In this document: positions 58,840-64,000 of the stretch, one piece after another
Layout of the letters: every line of letters starts with the position of its first letter
Numbering within the stretch: position 1 is the first letter of the stretch
Origin: an uncultured Mycoplasmatota bacterium
Lineage (GTDB): Bacteria; Bacillota_I; Bacilli_A; RF39; UBA660
Assembly (NCBI GenBank): GCA_949287595.1
Contig: CASEGV010000003.1
Coordinates: 8,490 to 72,489 of the forward strand
DNA length: 64,000 nucleotides
Direction of reading: 5' to 3'
Notes under the pieces: generated by a model
The model's database searches: none
Told to the model about the DNA's origin: nothing
What the model saw: the letters and a program-made list of their open reading frames with translations, nothing else
Translations under genes and position numbers: made by a program

Positions 58840-59223
58840 ATGGCATACAAGACAAGAAAAAGAAAAGTAAAAAAGAATGTTCCTGAAGGTATTGCACATA
58901 TTCATTCAACATTCAATAATACAATTACTACGATTACAGATAAGGATGGTAACGTAATTAGCTGGGCATCAGCTGGTGCTATCGGATTTAAAGGTAGTAA
59001 AAAATCAACACCATTCGCTGCTGGAATGGCTGCAGAAGCAGCAGGTAAAGCAGCATATGATATGGGAATGCGTAAAGTAGAAGTACGCGTAAAAGGTTTA
59101 GGACCAGGTAGAGAAACAGCAATTCGTTCACTTCAAACTGCTGGATTAGAAGTAACAACAATCGTTGATGTTACACCAATACCACACAATGGATGTCGTC
59201 CACCAAAACGTCCACGTGTATAA
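58840..59223 (+). CDS. rpsK: 30S ribosomal protein S11
   Basis: Motifs [13 protein letters not shown] and [17 protein letters not shown]. Confidence 0.97.
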   Translation: MAYKTRKRKVKKNVPEGIAHIHSTFNNTITTITDKDGNVISWASAGAIGFKGSKKSTPFAAGMAAEAAGKAAYDMGMRKVEVRVKGLGPGRETAIRSLQTAGLEVTTIVDVTPIPHNGCRPPKRPRV

Positions 59224-59248
59224 TTAATGAATAAGGGAGGTTAGTTTC

Positions 59249-60199
59249 ATGTTACAATTTGAAAAACCAATTTACAAAATAACAGATTCTGTAGAAAGCA
59301 ATTTCTATGGTAGATTTGAATTAGAACCATTAGAAAGAGGATTCGGAACTACAATTGGTAATGCATTAAGAAGAGTAATGTTATCATCTCTTCCAGGAAG
59401 TGCTATTAGTAGTATTAAAATTGATGGAGTGTTACATGAATTCCAAACAATCGAAGGAGTTTATGAAGACGTTACAACTATCATCTTAAACTTAAAAGGT
59501 GTAGTATTTAAAAATCATTCAAATGAACCAAAAGTAGTTCGTATCAATACTAGTAAAGAAGGAGAAATTACTGCTGGAGATATTGAACACGATGCTGATA
59601 TCGAAGTAATTAACAAAGATAAAGTTATCGCTACATTATCAAAAGGAGCAACTCTAAACATGGAAATGACTGTAACAAATGGTCGTGGATATGTAAGAAG
59701 TGAAGACAACAAGAAGATTTATGATATTAAAAAAGCAGGAGTTATTGCTATTGACTCATTATATTCTCCTATTGAAAGAGTATCATATGAAGTTGCAAAC
59801 GCTCGCGTTGGACAAGATGAAAGTTATGATAAATTAATTTTAGACGTATGGACAAACGGTTCAATCAAACCAGAAGAAGCAATTGCTTTAGCTTCTAGAA
59901 TTTTAATTGAACATTTCCAAATCTTAACAGACTTATCATCAATTGCAGATGTAAGTGGAATGATGATTGAAAAAACAGAAGATCCAAAAGTAAAAGCATT
60001 AGAGACATCTATTGAAGACTTAGACTTCTCTGTCAGAGCATATAACTGCTTAAAGAGAGCTGGAATTCATACTCTACAAGATCTTGTTAATAAGAGTGAA
60101 TCAGACATGATGAAAATACGTAATCTAGGTAAAAAATCACTAAAAGAAGTATTAGACAAAATTAGAGATATGGGTCTAGTATTACGTGATGATGACTAA
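59249..60199 (+). CDS. rpoA: DNA-directed RNA polymerase subunit alpha
   Basis: Motif [17 protein letters not shown] and C-terminal domain motif [13 protein letters not shown]. Confidence 0.97.
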   Translation: MLQFEKPIYKITDSVESNFYGRFELEPLERGFGTTIGNALRRVMLSSLPGSAISSIKIDGVLHEFQTIEGVYEDVTTIILNLKGVVFKNHSNEPKVVRINTSKEGEITAGDIEHDADIEVINKDKVIATLSKGATLNMEMTVTNGRGYVRSEDNKKIYDIKKAGVIAIDSLYSPIERVSYEVANARVGQDESYDKLILDVWTNGSIKPEEAIALASRILIEHFQILTDLSSIADVSGMMIEKTEDPKVKALETSIEDLDFSVRAYNCLKRAGIHTLQDLVNKSESDMMKIRNLGKKSLKEVLDKIRDMGLVLRDDD

Positions 60200-60219
60200 T
60201 ATATAAGGAGGAAATAACT

Positions 60220-60621
60220 ATGAGAAAATTAGGTGTAGATAACAAACATAGAAGAAGCATGCTAGCAACTATGACAAAACAAGTAGTAATTAACGAAAGT
60301 ATTACTACTACAGAAACTAGAGCTAAAGAAGTTCGTAAGTTTGTTGAAAAAATGATTACTTATGGTAAAAAAGGTGATTTAGTTTCTCGTCGTAAAGCGT
60401 TAGCATTCTTACATAATGATAAAAAAGTTGTGGATAAAATTTTCCATGATTTAGCAAAACGTTATGAAAACAGAAATGGTGGATATACTCAAATTTTAAA
60501 ATTATCTGAACGTCGTGGAGATAATTCATTAATGGTAATTTTAAAATTAGTAGATGAAGCTAAACCAGAAGAAAAACCTGCTAAAGAAAAAGCTAAGAAG
60601 AAAGAAGCAGAAGAAAAGTAA
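60220..60621 (+). CDS. rplQ: 50S ribosomal protein L17 (K/E-rich C-terminal tail)
   Basis: Motifs [13 protein letters not shown] and [10 protein letters not shown]. Confidence 0.96.
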   Translation: MRKLGVDNKHRRSMLATMTKQVVINESITTTETRAKEVRKFVEKMITYGKKGDLVSRRKALAFLHNDKKVVDKIFHDLAKRYENRNGGYTQILKLSERRGDNSLMVILKLVDEAKPEEKPAKEKAKKKEAEEK

Positions 60622-60650
60622 GACACAAAAACACAATTGTGTCTTTTTTT
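60621..60650 (+). terminator. Intrinsic terminator after rplQ
   Basis: AGACACAA-(8 nt)-TTGTGTCT followed by a T7 run. Confidence 0.9.
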
Positions 60651-60678
60651 ATGATATAATATCATTAGGTGATAAATA

Positions 60679-61266
60679 ATGTTTTTAAATGTAAGCAAGA
60701 GCAAAAATGATACTATAACAGAAAAATATAAGGGAGAAGAAAAAAGAATATATCAAGAATTGCACGAATATATACAAGAACGAGAAGAAAAGGACTTTAT
60801 TTCAGAAGAAGAGTTTTTATCAAATTCTTTTTTAAAAAATAAATATCGTAGAGAATATGCCTTAGTAATGGAATATTTAGATAACTTATCATTAACGACA
60901 GCCCAAGAAAATTTAGGCATTACAAAAGAAGAACTATTACATCAAGCAGTACTGGATTATACAACAGTTGCTGGAGCAATCAAAATGACAAAAGATAAAG
61001 AACAAGAAAGAAGATTTAAAGAAGATTATGATTTAAATAGATTTATAAAACTGGATTCAACAATAAGATTAGATAAATTTAAGGATTATCAAAAATCAAA
61101 TGGAAATACCTTCTCTTTAGAACAAGATATAGATGATAAATTAACGAGAATGATACTTCAAACAGAAAGAGAATATAGAGCACAAGAAAACGAATTAGAT
61201 GCCATGTTTAATAGTATAAATGAAGAACCAACTCAAAAGGGAAATAGCCATAAAAATAAAAAATAA
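60679..61266 (+). CDS. Hypothetical K/E-rich protein
   Basis: GGTGA RBS 6 nt upstream of the ATG. No recognisable motif. Confidence 0.5.
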   Translation: MFLNVSKSKNDTITEKYKGEEKRIYQELHEYIQEREEKDFISEEEFLSNSFLKNKYRREYALVMEYLDNLSLTTAQENLGITKEELLHQAVLDYTTVAGAIKMTKDKEQERRFKEDYDLNRFIKLDSTIRLDKFKDYQKSNGNTFSLEQDIDDKLTRMILQTEREYRAQENELDAMFNSINEEPTQKGNSHKNKK

Positions 61267-61369
61267 AAGAGTAATAAGAAAATCGTAAAAGGATGTCAAC
61301 ATTCTTTTTTTTTTAATCATTTTATTATATAATAAGAATGAGAAAAAGATAGGTAAAAGAGGTGTCGGT

Positions 61370-62122
61370 ATGAAAGCATTAATTACAGGAGCATCATCTG
61401 GAATAGGACTAGATATGGCAAGATATTTAGCAACCAAGAAATATGAACTAATTCTAGTCGCAAGGAACAAAGAAAAACTAGAAGAGATTCAAGAGTCTCT
61501 CCCTACCAAAGTAACAATTATTGTTGCGGATTTATCTAACGAACAAAAAGTAAAAGAATTATATGTACTAACGAAAAAAGAAAATATAGATATTTTAATT
61601 AATAATGCAGGATTTGGTACTTTTGGAGAATTTACTAAGACAGATCTTCAAACAGAACTAAATATGATTGATACTAATATTAAAGCAGTACATATTTTAA
61701 CAAAAGCTTTTTTAAAGGATATGGAAAAAAGAAATTCTGGTTATATTCTAAATGTTGCCTCTTCCGCAGCTTTTCAACCGGGACCATTAATGAGTACTTA
61801 TTATGCAACAAAATCATATGTATATCAATTGTCAGAAGCACTATGGTATGAACAAAAGAAAAAGAAATCAAAAGTTCAAATATCCGTTCTTTGTCCAGGA
61901 CCAGTAGACACTAACTTCAATGCAGTAGCAGGAGTAAAATTTGGAGTAAAACCATTAAAAAGTACCTATGTTGCGAAATATGCAATTGATGAGATGATGA
62001 AAGGTAAAATGCTAATTATCCCTGGATTTACCATGAAGTGTGCAAAATTCTTTGGAAGATTTGTATCTGATAAATTTTTATTAAGGTGTGCTTATAGAAT
62101 ACAAAAGAAAAAAGCCAAATAG
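61370..62122 (+). CDS. Short-chain dehydrogenase/reductase (classical SDR)
   Basis: Motifs TGASSGIG, NNAG and the catalytic YxxxK (YYATK). Confidence 0.85.
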   Translation: MKALITGASSGIGLDMARYLATKKYELILVARNKEKLEEIQESLPTKVTIIVADLSNEQKVKELYVLTKKENIDILINNAGFGTFGEFTKTDLQTELNMIDTNIKAVHILTKAFLKDMEKRNSGYILNVASSAAFQPGPLMSTYYATKSYVYQLSEALWYEQKKKKSKVQISVLCPGPVDTNFNAVAGVKFGVKPLKSTYVAKYAIDEMMKGKMLIIPGFTMKCAKFFGRFVSDKFLLRCAYRIQKKKAK

Positions 62123-62133
62123 TTGGCTTTTTT
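62111..62133 (+). terminator. Intrinsic terminator
   Basis: AAAGCCAA-atag-TTGGCTTT followed by a T run. Overlaps the stop codon. Confidence 0.85.
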
Positions 62134-62181
62134 AAACGCTTTATTATATAATAGAAAGTAAAACAAAAGGAGGGAAGATAA

Positions 62182-62976
62182 ATGGAATTATTAGAAGTAA
62201 CAAATTTAAAGTATCAAAATATGATTGAAGATATCTCCTTCCAAGTAAAATCAGGACAATTTATAACTATCTCAGGTGGAAATAATTGTGGCAAAACAAC
62301 ACTAATTAGAATATTAAGTGGACAATTAGAAGTAAAAGAGACAATAAAATTATTAGGAACTTATATAGAAGAATATCCACAGAACTTGTGGAAAGAAATT
62401 ACTGGTACAATTATTCCACAGGATAATCCAGAGTTTTTATTTGATACGGTAGAAGAGGAATTAAATTATACGATTCATTTATTTAAAAAAACAGAAGAAG
62501 AAAAGAAAGATACCTATAAAGAAATAGTAAAAAAATATAAACTAACAAAATTTCAAAAAAAAGATCCCAATAAAGTACCAATCTTTATAAAGATAAAGAT
62601 TCTTTTAGCAGAAAAAATGCTCGCAACGCCACAAATCTTATTTCTAGATGATATTTGTCAGGAATTAGAAACAAAAGATCAAGAGGAGTTTATAAAATTA
62701 TTACGTACATTACAATTAGAAACAAAAATCGCAATTATCATGACAACATCAGATTTAAATGTTTCCTTAGAAAGTGACTATCTATTAGTAATAAATGATG
62801 GAAAAATCCTATTAGAAGGAGAACCATTAACAGTAATAGAAAAAGATAATACTCTAAATAAAATAGGATTAGACTTACCTTTTATGGTAGATTTATCTGT
62901 CAAGTTAAGAGATTATAATGTGGTAGATAAAGTAGAACTAAATATGGACAGGATGGTAGATACAATATGGAAATAG
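62182..62976 (+). CDS. EcfA1-like ABC protein with degenerate signature, Walker B Glu and H-loop
   Basis: Walker A GGNNCGKTT and the Q-loop (IIPQDNPE) are retained. The LSGGQ position reads NKVPIFIK, Walker B is ILFLDDIC, and the H-loop position is TTSD. The C-terminus is EcfA-type (GLDLPFMVDLSVKL). Confidence 0.7.
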   Translation: MELLEVTNLKYQNMIEDISFQVKSGQFITISGGNNCGKTTLIRILSGQLEVKETIKLLGTYIEEYPQNLWKEITGTIIPQDNPEFLFDTVEEELNYTIHLFKKTEEEKKDTYKEIVKKYKLTKFQKKDPNKVPIFIKIKILLAEKMLATPQILFLDDICQELETKDQEEFIKLLRTLQLETKIAIIMTTSDLNVSLESDYLLVINDGKILLEGEPLTVIEKDNTLNKIGLDLPFMVDLSVKLRDYNVVDKVELNMDRMVDTIWK

Positions 62977-63758
62977 TATTAGAGAATGTAAAACAAAATG
63001 ACTGGGAACTAACAACGACATTATCTAGTAATGACATGATAGGAATAACAGGACCAGAATATGAAGAACTATTAAATATTTTAACATTAAGAAAACTACC
63101 AGAAGGAAAAATTACCATAGATAATCAAGAACTAACTCCAGAAAATTATTTAGAATATTATAAAAAAATAAGTATAATAGAAAAACAATTTAAAAAACTG
63201 CCATATTTAAATACGATTAAAGACCATATGGACTATATCATTAACTATTATCATCTTCAAATAAAAAACATTGATAAAAAAGAACATGACTCATTAAAAA
63301 TAGTAGGTCTAGATACTAATATGTTAGATAGAAACATAACGACACTTTCTAAATCAGAACAAAAGAAAGTCCAAATTGCAATGAGTTTATTATCTAATCC
63401 AGACATTTTAATATTTGACGATTTATTTCAATATTTAGATAACAAAAGTAGAAAAAAAATTATCATGGTACTAACAAAACTAAAGGAACAGTACCATAAA
63501 TTAATTATTATTGGAAGTAATAATGCAGATATGTTATACCAATATACGACAAAAATGCTCTTTGTAAAAAATAAAAGAATCTTCTTAGAAGGTGCAACAG
63601 AAGAGACATATGAAAGAGTGGATTATATAAAAAGGAATGGATATAAGATTCCAGAAATAGTTCAATTTACATATAAAGCAATAAAAAAGAAGAAAGTAAA
63701 AATAGACTATCATAAAGATATTAGAGATATAATTAAAGATATTTATAAACATGTATAA
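62967..63758 (+). CDS. EcfA2-like ABC protein lacking Walker A
   Basis: The Walker A position reads GITGPEYEE, with no GK[ST]. The signature is retained as LSKSEQKKV. Walker B is ILIFDDLF and there is no H-loop His. Overlaps the previous gene by 10 nt. Confidence 0.65.
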   Translation: MEIVLENVKQNDWELTTTLSSNDMIGITGPEYEELLNILTLRKLPEGKITIDNQELTPENYLEYYKKISIIEKQFKKLPYLNTIKDHMDYIINYYHLQIKNIDKKEHDSLKIVGLDTNMLDRNITTLSKSEQKKVQIAMSLLSNPDILIFDDLFQYLDNKSRKKIIMVLTKLKEQYHKLIIIGSNNADMLYQYTTKMLFVKNKRIFLEGATEETYERVDYIKRNGYKIPEIVQFTYKAIKKKKVKIDYHKDIRDIIKDIYKHV

Positions 63759-63788
63759 TCCACAATTCCTGTGGAAAAAGGAGAAAAT

Positions 63789-64000
63789 ATGAGGTATTTA
63801 ATAACATTATCATACGATGGAACAAATTATAAAGGCTATCAAACACAACCAGGATTAGTAACGATTCAAGAACAAATTGAAAAAGCACTAACCAAGATTA
63901 ATGATAGTAAAAAGACAACATTTACATCCTCTGGCAGAACAGATAAAGGTGTACATGCTAAAATGCAATGCGGGCACGCAGACCTAGATATAAATATTAC
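63789..64000 (+). CDS. truA: tRNA pseudouridine(38-40) synthase TruA, 5' part (runs off the right edge)
   Basis: My translation is MRYLITLSYDGTNYKGYQTQPG...GRTDKGVHA. AAGGAG RBS upstream. Confidence 0.9.
   Translation, partial: MRYLITLSYDGTNYKGYQTQPGLVTIQEQIEKALTKINDSKKTTFTSSGRTDKGVHAKMQCGHADLDINI

Noticed and set aside
1-64000. Scanned for CRISPR arrays, tRNA/rRNA genes, IS or transposase genes, integrases, prophage genes and toxin-antitoxin pairs
   Set aside because: I saw no regularly spaced repeats, no tRNA-like T-arm or rRNA stretches in the intergenic regions, and no ORF with transposase, integrase or phage motifs. Every intergenic region longer than 150 nt was read by eye, but this scan is not exhaustive.

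Overview
AT-rich (about 30% GC by eye) chromosomal segment from a low-GC Bacillota organism. Gene content (spo0A, class C sortase pilus, EcfA-like genes after rplQ, no rpmD) suggests Erysipelotrichia or Clostridia, but that is inference only. Almost everything is on the + strand and is core housekeeping. In order: ftsE-ftsX plus a coiled-coil M23 peptidase; a DUF2975-like/YozG-type HTH/polytopic membrane triad; a Cof-type HAD; an 847-aa orphan; a metallophosphoesterase; a NUDIX hydrolase; a GT-C membrane protein. Next come uvrB, an ORF, a radical SAM gene, then uvrA with a perfect LexA box; lgt-yvcK-whiA; clpP; a Udk-like kinase. A gap/pgk/tpiA/gpmI glycolytic cluster follows, interrupted by orphan genes, spo0A and an AAA ATPase. 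Then an XRE HTH divergent from dinB, followed by two tandem paralogs. The one clearly accessory block is a sortase-dependent pilus locus (about 38.3-45.9 kb): small pilin-like protein, LPVTG major pilin, class C sortase, and a 1288-aa LPFTG adhesin with a fibro-slime/PA14-like core. After it comes the complete S10-spc-alpha ribosomal cluster (rpsJ to rplQ, with secY, adk, map, infA, rpmJ, rpoA), an orphan, an SDR, two degenerate EcfA-like ABC proteins, and the start of truA. I found no rRNA, tRNA, CRISPR array or IS element. The most interesting items are: (1) the 847-aa protein with an apparently inactivated RNB-like C-terminal part; (2) the ORF plus radical SAM/SPASM pair translationally coupled to uvrB; (3) shared promoter motifs linking uvrA, dinB and the tandem paralogs; (4) the pilus adhesin and the non-canonical sorting signal of the small pilin; (5) a highly divergent His-rich L22 tunnel loop; (6) EcfA1/EcfA2-like proteins with complementary motif loss and no EcfT. 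All homology calls rest on motif recognition by eye, with no database search.
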